Below, in pieces: positions 10,534-22,147 of a DNA stretch of 64,000 bases. How positions within the stretch are numbered: position 1 is the stretch's first letter; every line of letters starts with the position of its first letter. The translations under genes and the position numbers were made by a program. The DNA lies in NCBI GenBank assembly GCA_036516115.1, contig DATBUL010000013.1, positions 6,335 to 70,334 of the forward strand, in the 5' to 3' direction. The notes under the pieces were generated by a model. That model worked only from the letters and a program-made list of their open reading frames with translations. It was not told the DNA's origin and searched no databases. This DNA comes from Enteractinococcus sp. (lineage in GTDB: Bacteria; Actinomycetota; Actinomycetes; Actinomycetales; Micrococcaceae).

Positions 10534-11376
10534 TTAGTTTTCGGTGAGACGCACCGTCTGTGACTGTTCACTGCGGCCAAAAACGCCGTCGGCGTCATAC
10601 AGTATGGCGGAAGTAATACCGCCACCGGTTTGACCGATGTTGGCTGAAATTGCAAAACCTAGCCAGTCCCCGACCGGTTGGCGCAGGAAGTGGATCGTGA
10701 GATCCACATTGGCGAAAAAGACATTTTCCTCGGATGGTTCGGCAAGCGGTGCCAGCCCATTTGCGGTGTCAGCCAGTCCAACCAGTTTCACGAACGGGGT
10801 GGTGTTTTCACCTTCGATGACGTCTAAGTCGGTGGTAATCCAAACGCGTCCGTGTCCAGGTGCATGATCGGCGAATTTTCGGGCCTGAATCGAACGAATG
10901 AAACCGCCTGGCCAGCGCTTGGACATCTCGTCCCACGGTTCGGCCTCTTCCACAGGTGGCAAGATTGGGTCGCATATATTCGCGACCCGAGAGGTATCAG
11001 AGGTAATGATTTTCCAGGTTCTGCCAACCAATACCGCACGCCCTTGAGCATAGACGGTTGATTGAATTAACTCGATGGTTCGACCCGGGCGCACCGTCTC
11101 AGTGACCACTTTGACTTCTCCCGCATGCAATTTCCCTAAAATGTCGAAGCTGATTCGACTGGTGAGAAAATCTTTTCTCGGATGATACGCTTCCAGTTCG
11201 GCTGCTACCAGACCCGAAACCGGTGCCATATGCAATTCGTCGTCTTGCCAGGCACCTTGGGCATGAGGGGTTGAGACGAAAAATGAGGTGCGCACGTCTT
11301 CGGTGATTTCGATGGGTTTTGTACGCCGAAAATACGCCGGGTTATTTCGTTGAGTTGCTTCCTGTGATGAGGTCAT
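10534..11376 (-). CDS. Thioesterase family protein (double hot-dog)
   Basis: GAW...HMAPVSGL, RPGRTIELI, ADTANG, NVDLTIHFLRQPVGDWLG. Confidence 0.85.
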   Translation of the reverse strand: MTSSQEATQRNNPAYFRRTKPIEITEDVRTSFFVSTPHAQGAWQDDELHMAPVSGLVAAELEAYHPRKDFLTSRISFDILGKLHAGEVKVVTETVRPGRTIELIQSTVYAQGRAVLVGRTWKIITSDTSRVANICDPILPPVEEAEPWDEMSKRWPGGFIRSIQARKFADHAPGHGRVWITTDLDVIEGENTTPFVKLVGLADTANGLAPLAEPSEENVFFANVDLTIHFLRQPVGDWLGFAISANIGQTGGGITSAILYDADGVFGRSEQSQTVRLTEN

Positions 11377-11461
11377 GTGCCTATCCTGCCAGATACCGCC
11401 TACCCCTGTGAGGTGTGGCACTGCAATGTTTCTTAAAGGTGTTCAGTGATTGACGAGAAAC

Positions 11462-12217
11462 TTAAAGAAACATCGGAGCGAGTTCACCGGTGATCACAAA
11501 GACGCCCATCCCGAGAACAAACCATCCAAAACCGGTCTGGAGCCGCTGAGCAGAAATTTTTGCGGCCAGACGAGCGCCGAAGACCGAACCGAGGATCGCC
11601 AAGATAGTAAAGGCCAGGGTGACCGGCCAGTTGATACTCACCGCAACAATATGTCCACCGAGTGCTGCCATGTTTTTTAACACAATGGTCAGCAGTGAGG
11701 TTCCGATAGCAAGATGCATCGATAACCCAGCGAATATAACCAGCGCTGGCACGATGAGAAAGCCACCGCCTGCACCCACGAGCCCGGTCACTGCGCCAAC
11801 ACCCGCTCCGATCAGAAGCGAAAGCCAGATTTTCGGCCGCTGAGGCTCACCGTTATCGGTGGGACGTTTTCCACGAATCATGTTGAGCGAGGTGACAATC
11901 ATAATGACCGCAAACAGGGACATCAGTACGAAGTCCGGGATAAATTGTGCGACCCAGCCGCCAAGAAATGCCCCGGCCATAGAAGCCAAGCCAAAGGGTA
12001 GACCGATACTCCAGGACACCTGTTGACTACGCCAGTGCGGCAGCAGCGCTATCAACGATGTGATTGCCACAATGACCAACGAGGAAGCGATGGCTTCTTG
12101 CGTCGGCATGCCCATAATGTAATGCAGTATGGGCACGGTCAAGATTGATCCACCGCCTCCCAGCAGGCCAAGCGAAAGCCCAACAAGTAGGGCTAGCACA
12201 TAACCAAGAACCACCAT
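11462..12217 (-). CDS. Sulfite exporter TauE/SafE family
   Basis: Repeated GLLGGGGSILTVP / GLVGAGGGFLIVP motifs in a hydrophobic protein. Confidence 0.9.
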   Translation of the reverse strand: MVVLGYVLALLVGLSLGLLGGGGSILTVPILHYIMGMPTQEAIASSLVIVAITSLIALLPHWRSQQVSWSIGLPFGLASMAGAFLGGWVAQFIPDFVLMSLFAVIMIVTSLNMIRGKRPTDNGEPQRPKIWLSLLIGAGVGAVTGLVGAGGGFLIVPALVIFAGLSMHLAIGTSLLTIVLKNMAALGGHIVAVSINWPVTLAFTILAILGSVFGARLAAKISAQRLQTGFGWFVLGMGVFVITGELAPMFL

Positions 12218-12223
12218 GACGGC

Positions 12224-13642
12224 TTAGACGTCAACGAGGGTTGGATTATTGCCGGGTATGGCTGCCCACGTTCCAAAGTTCCCGTCGAGCTCTATGACGT
12301 GATGGCCTGCGCGACGAAGTGCTGAGGCACCAACCGCCGCGCGTCGACCTGAGGCACAATAGACGACGATTGGGGTGTCCTGAGGCAGTTGATCTTGATT
12401 CCACAATACGCGACTTGCAGCCAGTTGTTGTGCTCCGGGAATGAATCCTGCCGCATACTCGGTGATATTGCGCATATCAAGCAGATGGTTGGACGTCCCG
12501 CTGGCGAGTTCCTCAAGTGTCATGACTGGCACGCCGTCACCCAATAACCCATCCAGTGTGGGGACGTATCCGGTCAGGACATCAACGCCGACCCGAATGA
12601 AGTGATCGCGATAGCTTGCGGCTTCCTCCTGGTTCTGTGCAAAGATTACGAGTTCTCGTTCTTCTTCCTCGGGGTTATAAGCCCACGCAATATGTGTGGC
12701 AGCCTTGGAGGCGTCTGGAATCGACAGGGCCCCGTCAACAGCGGCATCATAGCGTTCAGTATGGTGCCGGGTATCAACAAAGATCTTCTCTTGTCGATCG
12801 AGCAACGGTTTCAAATCATCCGGAGAGTATTCAATCAGTTCTGGTAACTCTCCCAGGATGGCTGGGCCTTGCCGGTTTTGAACTTTCATCCGACCGAAAT
12901 AGGAATGCGCGTCGGGCTGAGAACTCAGGAGCTCTTCTACAAAGCCGTCCATGTCGTCATTTTCCAGATATTTCCCCCACCAGGAGAAATTACGTTCATA
13001 CCCAATGGTGGTCGTTGGAACCGCTCCTAATGCCTTGCCACAGGCTGAGCCGGATCCATGAGCCGGCAAGACTTGCACATAATCAGGCAAGGTGAGGAAA
13101 TGGTCCCGCAGCGATGCAAAGAGGTCTCGGGCACCACCGAATCGGGTGTCGATTCCCCCTGCAGCAGCATCAAGCAAGTCTGGTCTACCCAGATCGCCCA
13201 CAAAGACAAAGTCGCCGCTGAGCATGAAGCCAGGTTCTGAGGTTTGGGCTCCATCGGTCACCAGAAATGCCAGGTGTTCTGGGGTATGGCCCGGAGTATG
13301 GATCGCTTCAATGGTGATGTTGCCGATAGTGATCTGATAGCCGTGCTTCATCCGGACGGCGTCGTTAAAGCCTGCACCGTAGGTCCAATCGGGTCCACCT
13401 TCATCTGAAACATATACTTGTGCACCGGTGGCATTGGCTAATTCCAATGTTCCTGAGAGATAGTCAGCATGAATATGGGTTTCGGTGACGGCCACAATTT
13501 CCATGCCTTCACGTGCTGCGATATCAAGGTAGACCTGGATGTCTCGACGTGGATCGACCACAACGGCAGTGTTGTCGACTTGGCAGCCAATCAAATAGCT
13601 TCCCTGTGCTAAATCAGGGTCATAAATATGTTCAAGTAGCAT
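12224..13642 (-). CDS. MBL-fold persulfide dioxygenase-rhodanese fusion (CstB-like)
   Basis: ETHIHADY, HTPGHTPEH, PAHGSGSACGK and C-terminal rhodanese loop YCASGRRA. Start moved to ATG 13642. Confidence 0.85.
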   Translation of the reverse strand: MLLEHIYDPDLAQGSYLIGCQVDNTAVVVDPRRDIQVYLDIAAREGMEIVAVTETHIHADYLSGTLELANATGAQVYVSDEGGPDWTYGAGFNDAVRMKHGYQITIGNITIEAIHTPGHTPEHLAFLVTDGAQTSEPGFMLSGDFVFVGDLGRPDLLDAAAGGIDTRFGGARDLFASLRDHFLTLPDYVQVLPAHGSGSACGKALGAVPTTTIGYERNFSWWGKYLENDDMDGFVEELLSSQPDAHSYFGRMKVQNRQGPAILGELPELIEYSPDDLKPLLDRQEKIFVDTRHHTERYDAAVDGALSIPDASKAATHIAWAYNPEEEERELVIFAQNQEEAASYRDHFIRVGVDVLTGYVPTLDGLLGDGVPVMTLEELASGTSNHLLDMRNITEYAAGFIPGAQQLAASRVLWNQDQLPQDTPIVVYCASGRRAAVGASALRRAGHHVIELDGNFGTWAAIPGNNPTLVDV

Positions 13643-13668
13643 GTCGTTTCCTCCGTTGGTGTTGCGGG

Positions 13669-13854
13669 TTAACGCCCGAAAAGACGAGCCATAATGCCCG
13701 GAGCTGCGGCTCGAGCCGCAGCAATTTCTTGCTGAGAATGCTTTCCGTTGCACCATTGTGCGGTTGGTACAGATGCTTTGACCGCATCAATATGTTGGCC
13801 ACAGCCAGCCCACGTCGTTTTTCCGCACACATTGCATTTCGCTGGTCGACACAT
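13669..13854 (-). CDS. Small Cys-rich protein (61 aa)
   Basis: MCRPAKCNVCGKTTWAGCGQH...WC; first gene of the cst-like operon. Confidence 0.75.
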   Translation of the reverse strand: MCRPAKCNVCGKTTWAGCGQHIDAVKASVPTAQWCNGKHSQQEIAAARAAAPGIMARLFGR

Positions 13855-13888
13855 ATTTTTCTCCATCCATCATCGACGGTTATTTCAT

Positions 13889-13928
13889 ATACCCCCAGGG
13901 GTATAGAGGAATATACCCCATAGGGTAT
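13889..13928. promoter_or_regulatory. Two CsoR/CstR-type operators
   Basis: ATACCCCCAGGGGTAT (13889-13904) and ATACCCCATAGGGTAT (13913-13928) between divergent genes. Confidence 0.85.
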
Positions 13929-13966
13929 GATGGGTGCAAATCTCAAGAACGTTCTAGGAGGAATTC

Positions 13967-14245
13967 ATGGTGCAATCCACCGGTCTGGAAAAAGACCCAG
14001 CAGCGAAAAAGAAGATCGTGAATCGCTTGCGTCGGGCGCATGGTCAATTAGCGGCCGTCATTCAAGCCGTAGAAGATGATGCACATTGTTCAGAGATCGT
14101 CCAGCAACTCTCGGCAGTATCGAAAGCGGTCGATCGGGCTGGATTCTTAGTCATTTCTTCGGCCTTGCAGGAATGCCTTGCCGATGATGACACGCTGGAT
14201 GAGGATATCGCACAATTGGAAAAACTGTTCCTCTCGTTTGCCTGA
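13967..14245 (+). CDS. CsoR/RcnR-family repressor (CstR-like)
   Basis: NRLRRAHGQL...C.EIVQQLSAV...LQECL; two Cys, and no His four residues before the second Cys. Confidence 0.85.
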   Translation: MVQSTGLEKDPAAKKKIVNRLRRAHGQLAAVIQAVEDDAHCSEIVQQLSAVSKAVDRAGFLVISSALQECLADDDTLDEDIAQLEKLFLSFA

Positions 14246-14431
14246 CCCCAGTTCACTTCACGGGCTGACATTGTGCTGCAACGCCACGGCCTTTGGTACA
14301 CAATCTCAACTTGAGCCTGAACAAAGCCTTGCTGAACAATGGGATGACTGGCTGGTCGCTTCATACCGCCCTTGATCGTAGGCGTCTTGAGCTGACGTGT
14401 TTCCGATGGGAAAATGGAAGAACACGATTGG

Positions 14432-15829
14432 ATGACGCCCATGAATCATGCAACTGACTATCTGGTGGTTGGTGCTGGAGCGAGCGGGTTAGCCTTCGTG
14501 GACTCTTTGATCACGGAATCAGATGCGAGCATCGTTGTAGTAGATCGTCGTGATGATGTCGGTGGCCATTGGTGCGACACCTATCCCTTTGTTCAGCTCC
14601 ACACCCCTTCAGCGTATTACGGGGTCAACTCCATACCGTTAGGCGAAGACCGTCTTCAGGAATCCGGTCGGAACGCTGGGTTCTATGAACAAGCAACCGG
14701 CCCTGAACTTCAGGCATACTTTCGTAGAGTCCTACAAGAGCGACTGCTACCCTCACAGCAAGTCACGTTTTTACCACACCATGACTACCTTGGGAGCAGC
14801 CACGGCATCGCGAAGCTGCGCGATCTCAATACCGACACTGCTCATGAGATCACTGTGCGACAGAAAGTCGTGGATGCACGCTATCAGCAGGCTTCGGTAC
14901 CGGCGACCCATACGCCCTCATTTTCGGTGGATGACCACGCAGCGTTCATCCCGATCGGACAGCTCTCCACACGAGCCGGAGACTATGACAGTTTTATCGT
15001 CATTGGGGCAGGTAAAACCTCAGTGGATGCTTGTCTGTAGCTCCTTGATGCGGGCATGGCACCTGAACAAATCCGTTGGGTTCGACCTCGCGAAGCCTGG
15101 TTTCTTGACCGAGCCCAGTTGCAGCCATTTGAACAGGTGGGCGCTTTGATGGAAGGTGCCGCCCATGAGGCCGAGGCGGGTGCCAACGCTACAGACGTAC
15201 CTGACCTGTTTCATCGTTTAGAAAAGGCCGGGCGCGTCATGCGCCTGAATGAAGACCTCGAGCCAACCATGTATCGGGTGACGATGCTCAGCCGTAGAGA
15301 ACTCGCCGACCTGAAGAAAATTACCGGTGTCATTCGCCGGGGTCATGTCCGTGCCGTGGAACCGAAATACCTGGCATTCGATGACGGCCACCTGAGCATT
15401 GGCACCAAGGAATTGATGGTTGATTGCTCTGCTTACGGGCTCGCACCTGCCCCGCCAGTGCCGATCTTTCGTCAGGATGCCATCATACTGCAGCAGATCA
15501 GGCATGCTTCCCCCACTTTTAATGCCGCCTTGATCGCTTTTCTGGAAGCGCACCGAGACACCGATGATGAGCGAAACTGGCTAGCACCTCCAAATGGGTA
15601 TACGAGCAAACCCGCAGATATCCTTATGATGTTAATCCACACCTGGGATGCAGCCGAGCGTTGGCGTGGTGTCCCGGATGTCAAAGAGTGGATATCCCAT
15701 AGTCGCTTGAATCTCACTCGGGGGCTGAGCGCCCATATGAATGATCCACGTGTACGTGCTGCGGTTGAACGGTATGTCACAAATCTGCCGAAAGCACGAA
15801 AAAATATGCTTGCCCTTGCACGTTCCTAA
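14432..15829 (+). pseudogene. FAD/NAD(P)-binding oxidoreductase interrupted by one in-frame TAG
   Basis: ORFs 14414-15040 and 15056-15829 are in the same frame. GAGASG and GAGKT Rossmann motifs; reads DACL*LLDAG with TAG at 15038-15040. Confidence 0.8.
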
Positions 15830-15854
15830 CCCGGCATCGGACAGGATAAGCGTA

Positions 15855-15894
15855 AGGGCTCGATCTGACCATTTCAGGTTAGTCCGAGCCCTTT
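15855..15894. terminator. Probable bidirectional terminator
   Basis: AAGGGCTCG...CGAGCCCTT imperfect stem between the convergent oxidoreductase and nrdF. Confidence 0.6.
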
Positions 15895-15917
15895 GAATCA
15901 CCGTCTGTCAAGTAGCG

Positions 15918-16910
<993 letters not shown>

Positions 16911-16952
16911 CTACGGTTTCGTGGGGCGTCGCTTGAAGGGGTACAAGACAAA

Positions 16953-16989
16953 GTGTGCCGTTTGACGCGTCGTCGGTCAAACGGCACAC
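16953..16989 (-). terminator. Perfect 14-bp inverted repeat between nrdE and nrdF
   Basis: GTGTGCCGTTTGAC-N9-GTCAAACGGCACAC. Confidence 0.65.
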
Positions 16990-17001
16990 CATTGTGGTGT
17001 C

Positions 17002-19176
17002 TTAGAGCATGCAGGATACGCAGCCTTCGATTTCAGTTCCCTCAAGTGCCAGCTGGCGAACGCGGACATAGTACAAGGTTTTGATGCCCTTGGTCCAGGC
17101 ATAGATTTGGGCCTTGTTAATGTCACGGGTTGTCGCGGTGTCTTTGAAAAAGAGGGTCAGGGACAGACCCTGGTCAACGTGCTGGGTCGCCGCAGCATAC
17201 GTGTCGATGATCTTCTCATACCCAACTTCGTAGGCGTCTTCGAAGTATTCGAGGTTGTCGTTATTCAAATATGGTGCCGGGTAGTACACACGACCCAGAC
17301 GACCTTCTTTACGAATCTCGATCTTTGAAGCAACCGGGTGGATCGAGGAGGTGGAGTTATTAATGTAGGAGATCGATCCGGTGGGCGGTACTGCTTGCAG
17401 GTTCTGGTTGTAGATACCGTGCTCCATGACGGAAGCTTTGAGTTCCTGCCAGTCCTGCTGGGTTGGAATCTCGACGTTGGCATCGGCGAAGAGTTGGGCA
17501 ACTTTTTCGGTTGCTGGCTTCCATTCCTGATCAGTGTACTTATCGAAGAACTCTCCTGAAGCGTATTGAGAGTCTTCGAAGCCGCCGAAGGTTTCTCCAC
17601 GTTCCATGGCGATCTTATTCGAGGCGCGAAGAGCGTGATAAACCACGGTGTAGAAGTACATATTGGTAAAGTCAATACCTTCTTCAGAACCGTAATGCAC
17701 TTCTTCACGGGCCAAGTAGCCGTGCAGGTTCATCTGCCCCAAACCAATTGCGTGGGATGAGGCGTTACCTTTCGCGATGGAAGGCACCGAAGAAATATCG
17801 GAAAGATCCGATACTGCAGTCAGAGCGCGCACCGCGGTTTCGATAGAAGCACCGAAGTCTTCCGAGTCCATGGTCTTGGCAATGTTCATCGATCCCAGAT
17901 TGCACGAAATATCTTTTCCAACGTGGTCATAGGATAGATCGGCGTTGTAGGTCGATGGATCCGAAACCTGCAGAATTTCTGAGCACAGGTTCGACATCGA
18001 AATACGACCCTTGATGGGGTTGGCACGATTCACGTGATCTTCGAACACGATGTATGGGTAGCCGGATTCAAATTGCAGCTCTGCCAGTGTCTGGAAGAAT
18101 TCACGTGGTTTGATCTTGGATTTCTTGATCCGTGGATCATCGACCATTTCGTAGTACTTCTCGGAAACCGAGATTTCGCTGAATGGTACGCCGTAAACCC
18201 GTTCTACATCGTAAGGGCTAAACAGGTACATCGGTTCGTTCTTTTTCGCCAGATCAAACGTGATGTCTGGGATGACAACACCCAAGGAGAGCGTCTTGAT
18301 ACGAATCTTTTCGTCAGCGTTTTCACGTTTCGTATCGAGGAAAGTCGCGATGTCTGGGTGGTGAGCATTGAGATACACTGCACCAGCCCCCTGACGTGCG
18401 CCCAGCTGATTGGCATAGGAGAAGGAGTCTTCTAGCAGCTTCATGACGGGCACAACTCCTGAAGACTGGTTTTCAATCTTCTTAATTGGAGCGCCCTGTT
18501 CGCGCAGGTTCGTGAGGTTTAGCGCAACGCCACCACCGCGCTTCGACAGCTGCAAAGAAGAGTTAATGCCACGAGCGATCGATTCCATGTTGTCTTCAAC
18601 TCGCAGCAAGAAACAGGAAACGAGTTCACCGCGTTGCTTCTTGCCGGCATTGAGGAATGTCGGGGTGGCAGGCTGAAATCGTCCGAGAATGATTTCATCC
18701 ACGAGACGTTTCGCCATGTCCTGATCACCGCGCGCCAGATACAGCGCATTCATCACAACACGATCTTCATACCGCTCGAGGTAGCGTTCGCCATCAAAAG
18801 TTTTGAGGGCATATGACGTATAGAACTTGAATGCACCTAAAAATGATGGGAAGCGGAATTTATGTGCGTAGGCCTGATCGTATAGGTCGAAAACGAACTG
18901 CTCTGGGTATTGCTCGAACGTTTCTGGCTCGTAGTAGTCGTTTTCAATTAAGTAGTCGATCTGTTCACGGCGACTGTGAAAGAAAACAGTGTTTTTGTTC
19001 ACGTGCTGCAAGAAGTATTGGCGTGCAGCAGCGTGGTCAGCTTCGAACTGGATTTCTCCGTTTTCACCATAGAGGTTCAGGATGGCGTTCAGTTCGTGGT
19101 ATCCAAGACCTTTCCAGGCCTCAGGAAGCTTCTTAGCTGACTGAATCAGTTCTTCTTCAGTGAGTGTTGTTGCCAA
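17002..19176 (-). CDS. nrdE: Class Ib ribonucleotide reductase alpha subunit
   Basis: [33 protein letters not shown]-terminal GCVSCML. Confidence 0.97.
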   Translation of the reverse strand: MATTLTEEELIQSAKKLPEAWKGLGYHELNAILNLYGENGEIQFEADHAAARQYFLQHVNKNTVFFHSRREQIDYLIENDYYEPETFEQYPEQFVFDLYDQAYAHKFRFPSFLGAFKFYTSYALKTFDGERYLERYEDRVVMNALYLARGDQDMAKRLVDEIILGRFQPATPTFLNAGKKQRGELVSCFLLRVEDNMESIARGINSSLQLSKRGGGVALNLTNLREQGAPIKKIENQSSGVVPVMKLLEDSFSYANQLGARQGAGAVYLNAHHPDIATFLDTKRENADEKIRIKTLSLGVVIPDITFDLAKKNEPMYLFSPYDVERVYGVPFSEISVSEKYYEMVDDPRIKKSKIKPREFFQTLAELQFESGYPYIVFEDHVNRANPIKGRISMSNLCSEILQVSDPSTYNADLSYDHVGKDISCNLGSMNIAKTMDSEDFGASIETAVRALTAVSDLSDISSVPSIAKGNASSHAIGLGQMNLHGYLAREEVHYGSEEGIDFTNMYFYTVVYHALRASNKIAMERGETFGGFEDSQYASGEFFDKYTDQEWKPATEKVAQLFADANVEIPTQQDWQELKASVMEHGIYNQNLQAVPPTGSISYINNSTSSIHPVASKIEIRKEGRLGRVYYPAPYLNNDNLEYFEDAYEVGYEKIIDTYAAATQHVDQGLSLTLFFKDTATTRDINKAQIYAWTKGIKTLYYVRVRQLALEGTEIEGCVSCML

Positions 19177-19637
19177 AATGCATCCAATCCTTCACGAACT
19201 TTAGTCACATCGGTTGGTGCGCCCATGAGTTCGAATCTATACATAACCGGTACGTTGGTCTTGGCCGATACGATATCCCCGGCAAGACAGTAAGCGTCAT
19301 AAAAGTTGGTGTTCCCAGAGGCGATGACGCCTTGAATCAGCTCTCTGTTGTTTTTGACATTCAGGAATTTAATGACTTGTTTTGGGACGACCCCAGGACC
19401 TTTTCCAGCACCATAGGTCGGCAGCATTAGGACAAAAGGTTCTAATGCATACAGCGTGGGGTCGCGAGTAATGACAGGCAATCTTGCTGCATCACCTTCG
19501 CCTAACCCGAGTTTTTCCACAAAACGATGAGTGTAACCAGATACCGAGGAGAAATAGATCAATTTCGCGTCGGTCTCCACCATGTCTTGCGACTCAGGAG
19601 ACCGAACGAAGGATCTATCTTGCACCTGGGCAGTCAT
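19146..19637 (-). CDS. nrdI: Flavodoxin NrdI
   Basis: [34 protein letters not shown]. Confidence 0.95.
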   Translation of the reverse strand: MTAQVQDRSFVRSPESQDMVETDAKLIYFSSVSGYTHRFVEKLGLGEGDAARLPVITRDPTLYALEPFVLMLPTYGAGKGPGVVPKQVIKFLNVKNNRELIQGVIASGNTNFYDAYCLAGDIVSAKTNVPVMYRFELMGAPTDVTKVREGLDAFWQQHSLKKN

Positions 19638-19676
19638 GACATCCCTGCTTTCAAAAAATTCGGGAGCGAAAACAGT

Positions 19677-19928
19677 TTAGGCAACAGTAGAGGCTGCTGC
19701 AGCGTTTTCCTCCAGGCTGGCGATCTTATCTGGGCGGAAACCTGACCAGTGATCCGAACCTGCCATGACGACAGGAGCCTGCATGTAGCCCAGAGCACGA
19801 ACGCGCTCTAAAGCGTCGAGATCTTGAGACATATCGATGACGCTGTATTCAATGCCTTTTTTATCGAGTGCACGTACGGTGGCGTTGCACTGTACGCATG
19901 CTGGTTTGCTGTAGACAGTTACGGTCAT
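19677..19928 (-). CDS. nrdH: Glutaredoxin-like NrdH
   Basis: TVYSKPACVQC, QAPVV, HWSGFRPD. Confidence 0.95.
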   Translation of the reverse strand: MTVTVYSKPACVQCNATVRALDKKGIEYSVIDMSQDLDALERVRALGYMQAPVVMAGSDHWSGFRPDKIASLEENAAAASTVA

Positions 19929-20053
19929 GATCTCTCCCATAAATCGCTGCTTCGGTGCCGGTCCATGCCGCCAACCTCAAAATATTGAAAGGGGCTCACG
20001 GCTTTCCTGTTGAATTCTTGGTGAATGCCGCATCGGCCTCAACCACTGTTTTA

Positions 20054-20100
20054 ATACTACATCTAGGGATTGAGAACGCAAGACGCAACTAGATGTTGTG
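20054..20100. promoter_or_regulatory. Tandem NrdR boxes
   Basis: ATACTACATCTAGGGA (20054-20069) and GCAACTAGATGTTGTG (20085-20100), 31 bp apart start to start, upstream of nrdH. Confidence 0.75.
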
Positions 20101-20371
20101 CTTGCCGTTTTGCTTTCAACACACAGGGTTCTCCACACCCTTGACACGAGAACTCCACATGCACCCCTATTACGACTTCGGCGTCCTGACGCGGGTCTAG
20201 TGCAGTCGTTGAAAAGTTCTCCACATCCCCACAGCATATTCAGGGCGCGACAATCCACAGAAAAATAAATTTTCGTCACGGCGTGTTGCGCCCCAAATTA
20301 CCAGTGATTGTGTTGCACAACCATGACCACCACAACAAATTGTGGTGTAGCCCATCTCAAGAATAAATGTC

Positions 20372-20436
20372 GACGAGCCTTAAAGGTGCTCTTGACGAGC
20401 CTTAAAGGTGCTCTTTACGAGCTGTAGGTGGCTCTT
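20372..20436. repeat. 22-bp tandem repeat (2 exact copies plus 1 degenerate)
   Basis: GACGAGCCTTAAAGGTGCTCTT x2, then TACGAGCTGTAGGTGGCTCTT. Confidence 0.9.
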
Positions 20437-20514
20437 GTGCCGCACTCGGTTCGACCCATAACTGGGAACTGCTGGTGGTCCATGGAACAATGGTGTCCTG
20501 TGGACGCTGAGACT

Positions 20515-22029
20515 ATGACCCAAACACCATCATTTCGCACGAACAACGGTTTCGACTCGCAAAAATACATCACGTTGCAGTCGCAATTTATATCTCAGCG
20601 ACGTCAGGAGATCGGCAACAAACTGTATCTCGAAATGGGTGGCAAACTTTTCGATGATTTGCACGCCTCACGCGTCCTACCAGGGTTTACTCCCAATAAT
20701 AAGATTTCCATGCTGCAGCAGCTCAAGGACGAGCTAGAGATCATGATGGTGCTCAATGCCAAAGATCTTGAAAATGAGAAAGTCCGTGCAGATCTAGGGA
20801 TTACGTATCAGGACGAGGCAATGCGCCTGATTGATATCTTTCGGGACGAGGGCTTCATGATAGAACACCTCGTGATTACCCAGCTTTCAGCCGACTATTC
20901 CAATGCGCTGGCGTTTAGCGATCGTATGCAACGCGCAGGACTTCATGTCACGCACCAATACCCCACTGCTGGGTATCCCACAGACACTGAGAAAATTATT
21001 TCTGCCGAAGGCTTCGGACAAAACCAGTACGCTCAGACCACCCGCTCCCTCGTAGTTGTGACTGGTCCAGGCCCGGGGTCTGGCAAACTGTCCGCGTCCC
21101 TGTCACAGATCTACCACGATTACCAAAACGGCATTCGCTCCGGTTATGCAAAATTTGAAACCTTTCCCATCTGGAACCTTCCGCTACAACACCCGGTCAA
21201 CCAGGCATATGAGGCAGCCACCGCAGATCTAGATGACAATAACATCATCGACCCGTACCATTTGGCGGCCTATCAGGAACAAGCGGTCAGTTATAACAGG
21301 GATGTCGAAGCCTTTCCTTTATTGAAGGCTATGTTAGAAAAACTCTACGGAGAGACTCCGTATCAATCCCCCACAGATATGGGGGTCAATATGGCCGGCT
21401 ATTGCATCAGCGATGATGAGGTTTGCGCTGAAGCCGCACGGCAAGAAGTCATTCGACGCTGGTATAAAGCTCGCGTGGAAGAGCGGCGAGCTGACACCAC
21501 CGATCACACGGTTTCTGCTCGGATCGAAGTCATTATGAAACGCATCGGCATTACCAAAGAGGATCGTCCAGTGGTGACCCCGGCACTGGAACTGGCGGAG
21601 CGGACGGGGCAGCCTGCCAGTGCTGTGCAGCTTCCCGACGGAACCATCCTGACCGGCAAAACCTCGGATCTGCTGGGATGTTCTGCGGCTATGTTACTCA
21701 ACGCTTTAAAATACATGGCTGGTATTGACGAAGACGTCCACTTACTTCGTCCTCAAGCCATTGAACCAATCCAGACTCTCAAGACCCGGCACCTGGGATC
21801 GATCAATCCGCGACTTCACACCGATGAGGTATTAATCGCATTATCAGTCTCGGCTGCTGAATCCGATGATGCGCGCAAGGCCATTGCTGAGCTGCAACAG
21901 TTGCGTGGCTGCGATGTGCATACGACCACCATTTTGGGCTCGGTTGATGAGTCGATGTTCCGACAATTGGGCATGTTGATCACTGCGGAACCGGTGTATT
22001 GGCGAAAAGCGCTGTATCACCGCAGTTAG
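20515..22029 (+). CDS. DUF1846 (UPF0371) family protein
   Basis: [62 protein letters not shown]. Confidence 0.9.
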   Translation: MTQTPSFRTNNGFDSQKYITLQSQFISQRRQEIGNKLYLEMGGKLFDDLHASRVLPGFTPNNKISMLQQLKDELEIMMVLNAKDLENEKVRADLGITYQDEAMRLIDIFRDEGFMIEHLVITQLSADYSNALAFSDRMQRAGLHVTHQYPTAGYPTDTEKIISAEGFGQNQYAQTTRSLVVVTGPGPGSGKLSASLSQIYHDYQNGIRSGYAKFETFPIWNLPLQHPVNQAYEAATADLDDNNIIDPYHLAAYQEQAVSYNRDVEAFPLLKAMLEKLYGETPYQSPTDMGVNMAGYCISDDEVCAEAARQEVIRRWYKARVEERRADTTDHTVSARIEVIMKRIGITKEDRPVVTPALELAERTGQPASAVQLPDGTILTGKTSDLLGCSAAMLLNALKYMAGIDEDVHLLRPQAIEPIQTLKTRHLGSINPRLHTDEVLIALSVSAAESDDARKAIAELQQLRGCDVHTTTILGSVDESMFRQLGMLITAEPVYWRKALYHRS

Positions 22030-22147
22030 ACAGCATCCGACGGCCAACAATGTCGTCTTGTGGCGTGATCGGTTCATTCCTTTACCGTCTGGTCGTACGA
22101 TAAGCACGATGACGCTTTTCGCCGATCAGTCGTAGGAGGCAGGGTTC

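Noticed and set aside
20372-20436. Possible mini-CRISPR
   Set aside because: The units are contiguous with no spacers, and there are no cas genes in the window.
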